A stretch of DNA of 64,000 nucleotides from IMG/VR virus record IMGVR_UViG_3300014913_000009, positions 1 to 64,000 of that record, one strand, 5' to 3'. The notes below the pieces were generated by a model that did no database searches, had not been told where the DNA came from, and saw only the letters and a list, made by a program, of their open reading frames with translations. A program made the position numbers and the translations under genes. Source of the stretch: a virus. Within the stretch, counting starts at the first letter, position 1. The number at the start of each line of letters is the position of its first letter. Below are positions 48,003-59,100 of this stretch, in pieces.

Positions 48003-49505
48003 ATGGTAGCCCCAATACTCCTTACAAGCACTCCGGCAAATGGCGCTGATGCCGTTCCAACAAATCTTGAATTACAATTAGAATTCAATACGCCAATTGA
48101 CCCAACAACAGTTGACGGCGCAATTCAAGTTAAGGATGTCGAAACTGGCGTAATATATAATGTTGATTTTGATGTAACTTCAAATGTTATAACAATATAT
48201 ACTGGTAGGACTTTAGAGGATTATACCCGATTTGAAATACGGGTATATGGAAATGATTTATCGTCAATAGTTGATCCAATCAAATCTGCCGATGGAGATC
48301 CATTGGCTGCAAGTTTTTGGATATCATTCATGACATCTAAGCCCGTCAGCACGGGAGTAAGTTCGGACGACGATTCGTATTACGAAACCTCAATTGATGG
48401 TTCTGGAAGCGTTGTCGTTGAATCTTTTGATAAATTCGCATTTACCAGCAGTTTTCCAGACGACGAAACCTTATATTTGGACCCAGGATATTTTAATGCT
48501 GATAGCTCTGGCAATCCAAACAATCCAATAACAATAACATTTAATCTCGATGTCGATCCTGTCAGCACTTCCGGCAACATAACAATCCAACAGCGAGCAT
48601 TTGTTGATACAAGATTCGCCGTACCATCACTCCCCGAAATAGAGGGGTTGTTCGATACGGGATTTAGTTCGCCTTCAGGCAATGTATATTGCCCTACGCA
48701 GAAATCGGATTATGAATACCCCGATTTCTCGGTATCTGTTTCTAACGGCGTGCTTTCGCTCACAATAGACAATGAGGACGGGCTTCGATGGAATTCACAA
48801 ATAAGGATTCATGTCTCGTCCGACCTTCTTTCAACAGAGGCAACTGGAGGGCAGGCATTAGGTACTCCCGTCGATATATTATTTACGACCGGTATGTATC
48901 CATGGTTTGCTGAGATAGAGCAATTAAGACTCGAACTAGGCACAGAGAATACAGAGTATTCAGACTTTCTGTTGGCTCGATTTATTTTAAGAGCATCTAT
49001 CAGAGCGTGGAGATTGTCATGTTTCACATTTGATTTATGCAATCCTCCGTATTTTGTCAATGATTATGTTTTGAACAGAGCCATATATGACATATATACT
49101 GGACCAAAGGGCATCGCGAAATCAACTGGCAAATCAAAATCATTAGGAGACTTCTCGGTAAGATACGGATCGTCCGACACTGGGATAGCATTTAAGCAAA
49201 AACTCAACGACTTAACAAAGATCGTCAAAGAATTCGAAATGTGGCTTAAATGGAGATGCTCCGGTCAAGGTGGGTATGGTGGTATGGCAACGGCCGTCAG
49301 AGGTGGAAGTAGAAGTGATTATCCTATCAAAAGATTCAGAGAAAGACATTGGCATAGGGAGTCACATGGAGATGCCTCCTATCATGGGCTTGAAAATACA
49401 GCATCGGATCGCGCATTTAAATTGCCGCGAATTAATGAAGAATACTTGCCAGTATATAGTAGGTGGGGATACTCCTCGTATTATGCTTGGCGCAATGGAG
49501 AATAA
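48003..49505 (+). CDS. Ig-like (Big_5-type) virion protein with possible head-tail adaptor domain
   Basis: STPANGA..VP....L.FN..ID Ig-like start; KSKSLGDFSVRY. Confidence 0.65.
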   Translation: MVAPILLTSTPANGADAVPTNLELQLEFNTPIDPTTVDGAIQVKDVETGVIYNVDFDVTSNVITIYTGRTLEDYTRFEIRVYGNDLSSIVDPIKSADGDPLAASFWISFMTSKPVSTGVSSDDDSYYETSIDGSGSVVVESFDKFAFTSSFPDDETLYLDPGYFNADSSGNPNNPITITFNLDVDPVSTSGNITIQQRAFVDTRFAVPSLPEIEGLFDTGFSSPSGNVYCPTQKSDYEYPDFSVSVSNGVLSLTIDNEDGLRWNSQIRIHVSSDLLSTEATGGQALGTPVDILFTTGMYPWFAEIEQLRLELGTENTEYSDFLLARFILRASIRAWRLSCFTFDLCNPPYFVNDYVLNRAIYDIYTGPKGIAKSTGKSKSLGDFSVRYGSSDTGIAFKQKLNDLTKIVKEFEMWLKWRCSGQGGYGGMATAVRGGSRSDYPIKRFRERHWHRESHGDASYHGLENTASDRAFKLPRINEEYLPVYSRWGYSSYYAWRNGE

Positions 49506-49508
49506 CAA

Positions 49509-49859
49509 ATGAAAAAAAGATGGAAAATGGCAAAGGAATATCGAACGTCCGACATTAAATTGGCGTCATATTTACTTACAATTGGACAAACATTAATTGA
49601 TTTTAATTATGCGCCGATTAATCAGAATCATAAGCATCAAAAACAAAGAACGAAAGTTTTGTTTGTTTTTGAATTAAATGACGAAATAAACGATTGTATT
49701 ATCGACTATAATGCAAGGCGAGACAGAGTGAGCGCCAGCCTATTATTGGATAACTTTAACAACCTGAAGGCAATGGTGGCCAATAGTAATTACCTTACAT
49801 TGGAAGAAATTACCGAATCGGTCGAAAAAGATAGCAAACAAATCGAAAATGGCGAATGA
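49509..49859 (+). CDS. DUF5659-like small protein
   Basis: YRTSDIKLASYL...FVF. Confidence 0.55.
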   Translation: MKKRWKMAKEYRTSDIKLASYLLTIGQTLIDFNYAPINQNHKHQKQRTKVLFVFELNDEINDCIIDYNARRDRVSASLLLDNFNNLKAMVANSNYLTLEEITESVEKDSKQIENGE

Positions 49860-50833
49860 ATTATTTTGATGAATTACTAACGAATGGTCCCGTTGAAAAA
49901 AACAAACGGAGAATGCCAGACTCAATGGTTCCTCTTATGCAGAGGCCATTGTTTCGCCCCAACGACTACAATCTTACCGAAGACGATGCTCCGGCAAGAT
50001 CAATGTTACCAGGATACGAAAGTATCGTCGATGCAATTGATATAATGCTTAAGCATTTACAGCATTATGTAAAGCCGTATGATACCAATCCAATGCGAGT
50101 ATGGTTTCCATTTGAATATATGCCCCTTAAAGAAGGGGATAAGATATTTGACGCTCAAACACCAACAAATGTTTATACAATAAAAGACCTTGACAATAAA
50201 TATCAGGGCGTGTATAATTTAGAGGGTAATGGATCTGCACCAACAAAGCAATCCATACTTTATGTGAGTCCCGAGGATAGAATCAGATTTATGGTTGGCT
50301 ATCCAGCATCAGAAGATAATGATACTTATGCCGAAACAGAAGGATGGGAATCGTTAAAAAGTGGCACTCACAATCCTACAATTACTTACAGGTTTATTAG
50401 AGTTGAACCTGCTGGACACAAAGACTACTTTTCGGGAACCAGAGATATAGGTTCTAGATTTGTCGGGTCTTTTGAATATGAAGACGGTACAGTTGCTACC
50501 GTAAATTCGCAGAGATTTGACGTGGAACTCCAATTTTCCTGTTGGATGTCCACAAACGTTGGCGCGGTCAATCTTACGCGATGGTTTAGGGAAGCAATGA
50601 GTATTATAATCCCCGTCCTGCGTGGGCATGGATTAGAACATGGACATTTCTACAAACAGGAACAAGATGTCCACCTCACGCGATGGCGCAATGATATTAT
50701 TGCCCGAAGCATTGTCTACCGATTTAGAATCGGCGAGGCAAAAGCAATGAAGGCATATATCTTAAAGAGTCTGACGGTCAGAACGACAGTCAGCGATGAC
50801 GGGGAAATAGGTATGGAAATACCGCTATATTAA
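49856..50833 (+). CDS. Neck/tail-terminator-like protein
   Basis: Position before the sheath; FDVELQFSCW...A..L..WF. Confidence 0.55.
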   Translation: MNYFDELLTNGPVEKNKRRMPDSMVPLMQRPLFRPNDYNLTEDDAPARSMLPGYESIVDAIDIMLKHLQHYVKPYDTNPMRVWFPFEYMPLKEGDKIFDAQTPTNVYTIKDLDNKYQGVYNLEGNGSAPTKQSILYVSPEDRIRFMVGYPASEDNDTYAETEGWESLKSGTHNPTITYRFIRVEPAGHKDYFSGTRDIGSRFVGSFEYEDGTVATVNSQRFDVELQFSCWMSTNVGAVNLTRWFREAMSIIIPVLRGHGLEHGHFYKQEQDVHLTRWRNDIIARSIVYRFRIGEAKAMKAYILKSLTVRTTVSDDGEIGMEIPLY

Positions 50834-50880
50834 TGAATAAGGTAAAACAATTACGGCAATTTAAATAAGGACAACTTATT

Positions 50881-52335
50881 ATGACAGACGTTTTTTCAAA
50901 CGTGCCGGGTGTACGCCTTACTTTCAAAGATGGTGGATTAGCAGTTAATCCTCCAGCTCCAGGAACTAAGGTTACTGTCCTGGCTGTAACAACCTCTTCC
51001 TCACTTGATGTGAATGAACCTGTTGTCACTGCTAAACAATCCGATGCACTCGCACTAAGTTATCATGCAGATGGCAGTCCGTCAGAAATGACGCATGCTA
51101 TTTCCGAAGCTTATGCTGGTGGTGCGCGAATTGTTGAATTAGTCAAAATCTGTCGGGAAGACGCTAGTGGAAATCCGCTCGCTTCTGGTGAAGTCGCTAC
51201 CGAATCTGGTGGTACTTATACCAAATCTGACGATATGACAGCAGACCAAAGATATGATTTACTCGAAGATGCTTATGCACAATTACTCGATCATGATGTT
51301 GATATTGTGGTCCCGTATAATGTATTTATTGATAATCCAGGTACTGCTTCTGGCTCATTGCCGAGGCGGGAATTTGGATGGCAATTAGCACATTTTTGCT
51401 ATGAAAGCACTCGAGGGAATAATACGGCAATAGGCGTAATAGCACATAGAAGTGAATTGGAGGTCGCGGATCAAGAGCATAGCGAAACAGTTGATGTTAT
51501 GCACGGAACTCCGACTCTCGCTCAACTCAGTCGTTGGGCAACTGAACTCAAGAATCATACTTATGATTCGTGGTATGATGGCGACGGCGTAAATGGAACC
51601 GATGGAAATCATAGACCAACCAGTTATGCATATTTCTTAAATGCAAGTGATTCGACCCTCCCTGGTACGATTTCATCTGCTGAGACAGATGCTAACGGAT
51701 GGCCAATAGATCTTGGTAAATATATCAGCGTAGTTGCTGGTAATGTCAGGCATCCAAATTTCATTGCTCAAGTCAATTATCCCGAGTTTGGATATTATAA
51801 TGGCAACAAAGCATGTTATTATGCGGGAATGCTCACAAGGTTACCTTCTGAGATAAGTCCAACTAATAAGGCGCTTTCTGGAATAAGTGTGGCAAGAAAA
51901 TTAAGTATTACACAACTCAACAACTGTATTGGTGCTCGATATATTGTACCTCGAATCAAGGCTGGTAGGGGACTTCTTGTCGCCGATGCCATGACTGGTG
52001 CGTGGAATGTATCGCGGTACTACAGAAGTGATTATACACGTATCACAACTGTACAGATTTCACATGAAGTTGGGGATATAATTCGCAATACTATTGACCC
52101 ACTTATAGGCAATCCGCCAAATCCCAACACTACGGCATCAATTCAGGCTATGCTGGACAATCTTTTGCAGGACATGATTGAGGATGGCAAGTTACTTGCC
52201 GGCTCATCTGCTGTATTTAGCCAGACTCCTGAAGAGCGTGCCCTAAACGAAGGGACTGTTAACGCATCACTCCAAGTACCTGGAGAGTTGCGTATTGTTA
52301 CTGGTGTTATTGGCTTATCGAAAGCCACAGCATAG
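50881..52335 (+). CDS. Tail sheath protein
   Basis: PGV N-terminus, SPTNK, C-terminal LQVPGELRIV. Confidence 0.85.
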   Translation: MTDVFSNVPGVRLTFKDGGLAVNPPAPGTKVTVLAVTTSSSLDVNEPVVTAKQSDALALSYHADGSPSEMTHAISEAYAGGARIVELVKICREDASGNPLASGEVATESGGTYTKSDDMTADQRYDLLEDAYAQLLDHDVDIVVPYNVFIDNPGTASGSLPRREFGWQLAHFCYESTRGNNTAIGVIAHRSELEVADQEHSETVDVMHGTPTLAQLSRWATELKNHTYDSWYDGDGVNGTDGNHRPTSYAYFLNASDSTLPGTISSAETDANGWPIDLGKYISVVAGNVRHPNFIAQVNYPEFGYYNGNKACYYAGMLTRLPSEISPTNKALSGISVARKLSITQLNNCIGARYIVPRIKAGRGLLVADAMTGAWNVSRYYRSDYTRITTVQISHEVGDIIRNTIDPLIGNPPNPNTTASIQAMLDNLLQDMIEDGKLLAGSSAVFSQTPEERALNEGTVNASLQVPGELRIVTGVIGLSKATA

Positions 52336-52348
52336 GAGGAACTAAATT

Positions 52349-52987
52349 ATGGCTATGAGCACAAATGATTATGGTAAAACATACACATCTTTCTCCGGTG
52401 CTGACATTCTCATCTCTGTTGGTGGGAAAATTATGGGTGAATTGCAAGGAATATCCTACAGCATTACCCGTGAAAAAGCACCATTATATACACTAGGGTC
52501 ACCGGACCCCCGCTCATTCTCTCGTGGCAAACGAGGAATTAGTGGAAGTTTAATTTTCTTAGTATTTAATAAAAGTCCGCTTCCCGGAAGCATGCCAGAG
52601 GAAAGGGTTGAGTTTATAGGGGATTCAAAAGAGGGTCAAATTTCTACATCTATGTATAATAATAATCTCTTTCAAGAGCCAACTGCCCCACTACAAACCA
52701 TAGCCGCAGGCACATTCGGCAGCGAAAATCCAATAAAATCATATTATGCAGATCAGATCCCCCCGTTTGATGCCCTGATAAGAGCGTCAAATGAATATGG
52801 ACATACGGCATTCATGGAAATTATTGGTATCGAAATACTTAATACCGGCTCTGGAATGTCTGTTGACGACATTACAATTGATGAATCTCACACTTATGTT
52901 GCGAGACGTATCAAAAAATGGTACAATCAGCAGAGGTTTGCCGGCAGCAGATGGGCCGAGGACGATTATCTTGGTGCCTCATACTAG
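52349..52987 (+). CDS. Tail tube-like protein
   Basis: SFSGADI...LQGISYS...GKRGISGSLIF; follows the sheath. Confidence 0.75.
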   Translation: MAMSTNDYGKTYTSFSGADILISVGGKIMGELQGISYSITREKAPLYTLGSPDPRSFSRGKRGISGSLIFLVFNKSPLPGSMPEERVEFIGDSKEGQISTSMYNNNLFQEPTAPLQTIAAGTFGSENPIKSYYADQIPPFDALIRASNEYGHTAFMEIIGIEILNTGSGMSVDDITIDESHTYVARRIKKWYNQQRFAGSRWAEDDYLGASY

Positions 52988-53033
52988 TGCATGATAAGAC
53001 GAAACAATGAAAAATTTAGATGATTAAGGAAAT

Positions 53034-53070
53034 GGCCTGGCAGCCGTCATGGCTGCCAGGCTCTTTTTAT
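53034..53070 (+). terminator. Intrinsic terminator
   Basis: GCCTGGCAGCC/GGCTGCCAGGC followed by a T run. Confidence 0.85.
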
Positions 53071-53071
53071 T

Positions 53072-53734
53072 ATGACTACTGACCCAAAAAAAGGATTTCC
53101 CGATTATCGCTACTCTTTCACAGGAAGCGATTACCGTGTAACCTACATCTCAAAAAATACCGAAGGACTCAATCGGGTATTAACCGGATTGCAGACTCTT
53201 TCATTCTCTACCCATTCGGACTTATTCCCAGGCAGACGGCTTGGCGAAAAAGGTGTTCATGGATATGCAGTTGGCACAAAAACAGTCGCCGGAACAATGA
53301 TATTCTTATTCAGAGGAAATGACCCTTTCCTTGAAGAAATTGCCATCTCTGAAAAAGAAGTAAAAGGCAATACTCCATACGAAACAAGACCTTGTCATTT
53401 GGAGGCTATTCCTGAATTCGATCTGATTATACAGGCAACTTCAGAAGTACCCTTATATGATGCTCAGGGAAAACTCAAAATACACAATACAAAAATGTTT
53501 CTCGGCGGAATAAAATTATCCGAGACTGGCGGCACATTATCTATACATGATGTATATACAGAAATAATGTACACATTTGTTGCAAGAGAGCAGATTCCTT
53601 TTGCATCATCCATCCCCGATGATACAATAAGTAGAATCACGCAAAATAAAAATCAGTCGTCATCTATTCAATCTCTACTTAACCAATACAACGATCAATT
53701 AGATGAGTTTAGAATAAGAAGGGGAAAAAGTTAA
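53072..53734 (+). CDS. Tube-paralog structural protein
   Basis: SFTGSD..LQTLSFS..GTKTVAGTMIF..FVAR, paralogous to 52349. Confidence 0.7.
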   Translation: MTTDPKKGFPDYRYSFTGSDYRVTYISKNTEGLNRVLTGLQTLSFSTHSDLFPGRRLGEKGVHGYAVGTKTVAGTMIFLFRGNDPFLEEIAISEKEVKGNTPYETRPCHLEAIPEFDLIIQATSEVPLYDAQGKLKIHNTKMFLGGIKLSETGGTLSIHDVYTEIMYTFVAREQIPFASSIPDDTISRITQNKNQSSSIQSLLNQYNDQLDEFRIRRGKS

Positions 53735-54828
53735 TGGCAATACTTAATAATAATATGCCGCATAAATATTTCTCCTCCTCTGATTGTAGAATTCTCATTA
53801 CTAATGGACAAGGAAAAGAAAGTTGGATAGACGAAGCATTCTCGATAGAGTGGATTGTCAATGCGCCAATTAATCCGTTGTATGGATATAAGGATAGAGA
53901 AATTCGGGCATGGACACCAGGGCGAAAAATAGTTCAGGGTTCACTTATAATGAATTTCAAAAGGCGGAATAGTATTACATTGGCAATGACCAACAGTATT
54001 GAAAATCTTCTTTACAAAGACATTACGGTAAAATCTGAAAGTAAATTGCTAGAAACAGAGCAAGAGATAAAAGTAAGGCTTATTAGTTATGCCGAATTTA
54101 TCAATTCCTATTTCTACAAATTGCCGACAGGGATGAGATTCCAGGATTTGGGACTTCCTTCTGTAAATCTGGAAGAACCACAGAATACACAAAGAGCCAA
54201 CGCATTGGCAAATATCCCAATACAAGGAAAAGAAATCAAGATATGCAATCTTCAACATCATGCAAAAAACTGGGAAACAGACGAAACCGTCCTACATTCA
54301 CAGCAATCAAATCCACGCAGTCTTGCCGATGGGTATTCAACAAGAAGAGGTGTTTTTATAGGGGATGGTTATAATGAATCTCTGCTCGACGAATTGGATG
54401 AATTGATTATAGAAGAACCAAAACATGATGGCAATATTATTTCTCTTAATAATAACAATCCATATAATGCAGTCGATACTGTATTGCCGAAATTCCTATC
54501 CGGATACAGAGATAGTCTTGCCCTGAAAAATGCGCAAAATCCCAATAGTCGAGAACGTCTTAAAAATATATATTGGGGCGACGAAAGTAAGGGCGCTTAT
54601 AATTTACCAGCACCTTATGATAGCGCGGAATCATTATCGCGACAAAATGATTTCGTGATACTTATTGGACAGAAAGATCCGATTGATGATTCATTTGAAG
54701 ATTTTAATCCAGTCGATAGAATACGAATAGAAGATGTTAAATTCCAAGGAGAACAACAAAGAATATCACATGCAGAGAAGGATGTGCTTCGTGTAGCATA
54801 TCCGTTTTTGGCCAAAACGGTCGATTAA
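53734..54828 (+). CDS. Tube-fold/baseplate-proximal protein
   Basis: YFSSSD..PLYGY..GRKIVQGSLIMNF..FLAK. Confidence 0.6.
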   Translation: MAILNNNMPHKYFSSSDCRILITNGQGKESWIDEAFSIEWIVNAPINPLYGYKDREIRAWTPGRKIVQGSLIMNFKRRNSITLAMTNSIENLLYKDITVKSESKLLETEQEIKVRLISYAEFINSYFYKLPTGMRFQDLGLPSVNLEEPQNTQRANALANIPIQGKEIKICNLQHHAKNWETDETVLHSQQSNPRSLADGYSTRRGVFIGDGYNESLLDELDELIIEEPKHDGNIISLNNNNPYNAVDTVLPKFLSGYRDSLALKNAQNPNSRERLKNIYWGDESKGAYNLPAPYDSAESLSRQNDFVILIGQKDPIDDSFEDFNPVDRIRIEDVKFQGEQQRISHAEKDVLRVAYPFLAKTVD

Positions 54829-54859
54829 TATTAATACTTTTTTTAAGGATGAAAAACAC

Positions 54860-55510
54860 ATGTCAAATTTACCTCCAGGACAATTCGAAGTACCACTTAA
54901 CGAAGACGAAGTTCCATTGCAAGAAGGTGCAGATGGCTTTCCCGTTGGATTTGGACCTAACTCAGGACGAGACAATAAGTCCGAACCCAAAAAACCAACA
55001 GTACATCAAGTCCCCATGCCACCTCAAGCACAATCTCCCGAAGTATCCACATACTTCAGCCAGAATCGTCAGTTAGAAGGACAACCATCTCCTCCACCAG
55101 GATTCCATTATGACGGATTATTAAATGATATCCCATCCGAATTTCTACAAGCATTGGAAGAGAATCCCGAAGCCGATTTGGCAAACAATTCCTTATATCC
55201 GCCAGGATTAAGACAAGAAATGATTGACAAATGGAAAGAACGATTTGGCAAATCAAATGTTTATCTTGTTACAATCGTCGATCATGTTTATGTATTTCGT
55301 GCAATTTCAAGACAAGAATGGGCCTGGATAAAACAACAGGGATTCGACCAGGAGACGTTTGAAAACCAGATGGTTTGGACAACCCTATTATTCCCCAAGG
55401 TGAGTGCCGAAGTCATGCAAGCATGGCCAGCAGGAATTCCCAGTAGTATTACTGAATATGTGATGCGATTCTCCGGATTCTCCGCAACCGCAACGCCCAT
55501 AAGACTTTGA
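54860..55510 (+). CDS. Putative tail assembly chaperone
   Basis: WKERFG..YVFRAISRQEW..PAGIP..SGF. Confidence 0.55.
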   Translation: MSNLPPGQFEVPLNEDEVPLQEGADGFPVGFGPNSGRDNKSEPKKPTVHQVPMPPQAQSPEVSTYFSQNRQLEGQPSPPPGFHYDGLLNDIPSEFLQALEENPEADLANNSLYPPGLRQEMIDKWKERFGKSNVYLVTIVDHVYVFRAISRQEWAWIKQQGFDQETFENQMVWTTLLFPKVSAEVMQAWPAGIPSSITEYVMRFSGFSATATPIRL

Positions 55511-55513
55511 GCC

Positions 55514-56185
55514 ATGGAAATATCTGATCCGAGGATAGCCTTTGACCTCGACAGACGATGGGCATTGCCAGATACGACACAATGGACAAGGTCTCAATGG
55601 TCGCCACATATAATTGCGGCGATCATTGACGCTAAAGAGCAATATCCAACGGTCTTTATGGTGGAAGTCACTACCCCAAAAACATATAATCATAATGGAG
55701 ATGATTTTCTCTTTATTGTTCGCCCATTATCAAGAAGGGAATTCAATATTGTTGGCTCTGTAAATGCCGCGGGAATGTTCTTCGATAGAGAAGTATTATA
55801 TCGGCGATCATTATTATGGCCGGATGAAGATTTTCTCGACGACTTACCAGCAGGTGTTATAGAGACTGTATATGATACTGTCGAAATGATATCCGGCTGG
55901 GGAGATGTTAGGACACTCCAGGAGTTACAAGCAATTTCGCGCGAACAAATAGGTGTGGATAATGATGTGGGGTCGGTTGAGTCAAAACTCGACATGACGT
56001 TAGGAACAGTTTTCAAATCATTGTCGCCGCTTGACATCAAAGATATGGATGCCTATGAAAGTATGCATCTTATTTCTATGGTGGAAGGAATTCTTTCCGA
56101 ACAAGGATTTAAGTTTGACCTTTCTTTCGAAGACAGAAAAGCAGAAGAGGAGATAAGACGAAAAAGATTCGTTGTTAATAGATGA
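55514..56185 (+). CDS. Putative tail assembly chaperone paralog
   Basis: FIVRPLSRREF..LPAGV..ISGW. Confidence 0.55.
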   Translation: MEISDPRIAFDLDRRWALPDTTQWTRSQWSPHIIAAIIDAKEQYPTVFMVEVTTPKTYNHNGDDFLFIVRPLSRREFNIVGSVNAAGMFFDREVLYRRSLLWPDEDFLDDLPAGVIETVYDTVEMISGWGDVRTLQELQAISREQIGVDNDVGSVESKLDMTLGTVFKSLSPLDIKDMDAYESMHLISMVEGILSEQGFKFDLSFEDRKAEEEIRRKRFVVNR

Positions 56186-59100
56186 CCGATTATAGAGATG
56201 AATCAAGTACTTGGGAATCAACCCTAAAATGGGGAATGATTGGCATTGGTGCCGTTATGGGTGCTCGTGCTGCTTATCGTTATTCCCCTGCATTTCGTAA
56301 AGCCGCAATCGAAACTGCCGCGACTGCAGGTGATTTGTATCGATCGGCTGGAGTCCAAGCCAGAAAATATGCATCCAGATGGTCAACAAGCGCAAGTCCC
56401 GCAAAACAAGCGAGTGCGTCAGCCCTTGAATACTTTGCTGGCATAAAACAGGGAGGTATGCCGGCAGCATCAACAGTCCTCGAATCTGAAATGATTGAGT
56501 CCCTATCTCGTATTGATGTAATCCAATATAGCGACGATGCAATCGGCGATCTTAGATCTGCACTTGGCAGAAAATACGGGCAACCGATAGTAGGAGCGCC
56601 TAAAGGATATCGTCATATGACGGTACAAGACATCCTCACCAATGCACAAAAAGCCAAAAAGGGACATTATGCAATCGGCGAGGGCGGCAGGATGATGACG
56701 GCAAAAGGTTATGAAAACCTTAGGAGCGCCGTACAATCCGGTGCCGTTGACACTGAATGGATATTCAATCAAGACATATTTCTTCGCGAAATGGATAATG
56801 GAAAATTCCTAATAAGAGATGCTCGATTAGTTAATCCTGCAAAAACAGTATCTCAGGCACTTCAAAGATCGCAAAAATTCCGCATATTGGGTATGAGCCC
56901 AGCCGACCCGTTAGTTCCAAGTTCATGGACAACAAAAACTGCATCGGATTTAATGAGTCCAGATATTCCGATAAATCTTCGTGGCAGAGGGCCAACAAAA
57001 GTTGGTGGTGATTCTGTAATGCAAATTGGGGATAATGTATATAGCGTCCAAGGCAATCAAATGAAACGCGTAGGCAAAACCGACGCTCGTATATATACTA
57101 GCCCGAGATTGGTTAAGGAGCGTGCTGGACAAGCCGGTATGGGCGGTCAGTATTATGGACCAAAAGACACCCAAAGAGCAGTTACCGCAAAAGAAAGAAT
57201 TGCACAAGATCCCAATCGCTACAAAGGACCGATTGGGAAAGTCCGGAAATGGGCCGAATCCGGAAAAGGATACAGAGGATTTGGAATCGGCGAAGGATAT
57301 AATATTGGACCGCAATATAAACATGGGCAATCCATATTCGGTTTCGCCAGAGATTGGATGAATAAACTCCTCAATTACAAAACGGCAATCAATCTTAAAA
57401 CGGGAGCAAGGGGCGCAAAAGCATTTGCCGAAGAGAGCGTAATTGACAAGGTTAAGGGTTTCTTCAAAATCACTCCGGATAAAATGAAGAAAAATATGTA
57501 TTGGGCATCCGAAGAAGAACTCGGAAACCTCACCCTCAAACAAATGAAGGATGCCGCGAATCTTCATGCAAGCACCCACACAACCATAGAGTCCGTCTCA
57601 ACGCCGACAATGAGACTTCAGGGTAAATATCATACTGAAGTTAGGGATGTCGCTATGACGCCAGGTGAGGCTGTGGGGGCCTTTGGCAGAAAGTTCACAA
57701 CATCCGCAACAAGGGTGTTTGAATGGGCAACGGGAATGGGAGTTAAGCCCGGCACCGCAGGACAAACAATGCTTAGATTGGTGGCGAAGGGGGTCATCCC
57801 GACATGGCTATTGGTTGAAGCATTTAAGTATGGCGATTTTATGTCGGAAGAAATAACAGGCGTAAGTCCAATAAAAATGGGGGCTTATGGCTATGCGGGG
57901 GCGCAAACTGCAAAGCAGGGAATGCTTAATCTATCCGGATTTTCAACACTTTCAAATGCCGCGGATGAAGCTACAGGTGGTTTTTGGTCATCGACCGGAG
58001 GGACAATATTAAGAACTGCCGGTATTTTTGGAGCAAGTCTGGCAATCGGCGCTCATCCAGCCGCGAGTAAAGCGACAAAAAAATGGGCTCCAAGATTAGG
58101 GCTCGGATTAGCAGCGTTGCAACTTACGGGATCTCCCGGTAAATCGGCATTTGATCAATGGGATGAATACACCGGAAATAAAATGGTGCCGATAAGAAGG
58201 GGAAGGGGTTGGCTCACTGGACCACAACCTTACGAAGGTGGAGAAGTTCAATATTATAGGAAGCATGCAGTAGCACAAATATTGGATGATAGCCAATATG
58301 AAAAGTTTGGCGGGAAACAAGCATATTTTGAAGACTTATCTTTATTGCCAACACCTCATAATTGGATGGGCGCGAAAAGAATATTGGATCCTTATGCATG
58401 GGAAAAGCGCACATATTACGATCAGCCGTACCCACTTAACAAAGGAATGTTTTCTGAAGTTCCAATAGCAGGACCACTCCTTGATCTTACTGCTGGCCGC
58501 ATTCTTAAGCCAAGAGTAATGATGCATCAACAGGAAATCCAGAGGTGGCTCGATACGCCACAAATTCCGAGAGACCCCAAAATGACAATGATTGCAGATC
58601 AACTCAATATGCAATTACCCGTTACCGGAAGAGCCATTCCTAAATTCGGCGTAGCACAAGAAATCGGAACGGCAATAAAGGGTGCAACAGATTTTATTGG
58701 TATGCCCGGATTTATGCTGAATGCACTTAAAGAAAAGGCAACAGGAAGTTCCGAATGGTTCCATGATGGCCCAGTATGGCAAACGCCAGACTATCAGGTA
58801 TCTCAAGTAAGAAATTTCTTTGAGATGGAATGGGGCGGAATGCTTGGGGGATCAGAATTGTTCCGGCGTATGTGGTCAAAAGATTCTCACGAAGTATCAT
58901 TCGTTAATCCAATCCCCAATACAATGCCGGATTATATGCCCGGAAGTAGATCAATGTATGGAGATACTAATTTCATCAATTTCTCCGAAGGTGATCCATT
59001 TTCAAAAATAAGAGCTCCTGGTGCTCGCAATCTCCACATGGCACTCAATCCTCATACGAGTAATTTTGACAAATGGAGAATGCTCAAAGGGGTCGCCCCA

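Noticed and set aside
54860-56185. Programmed frameshift in the tail chaperones
   Set aside because: Two separate paralogous genes with their own starts; no slippery heptamer seen
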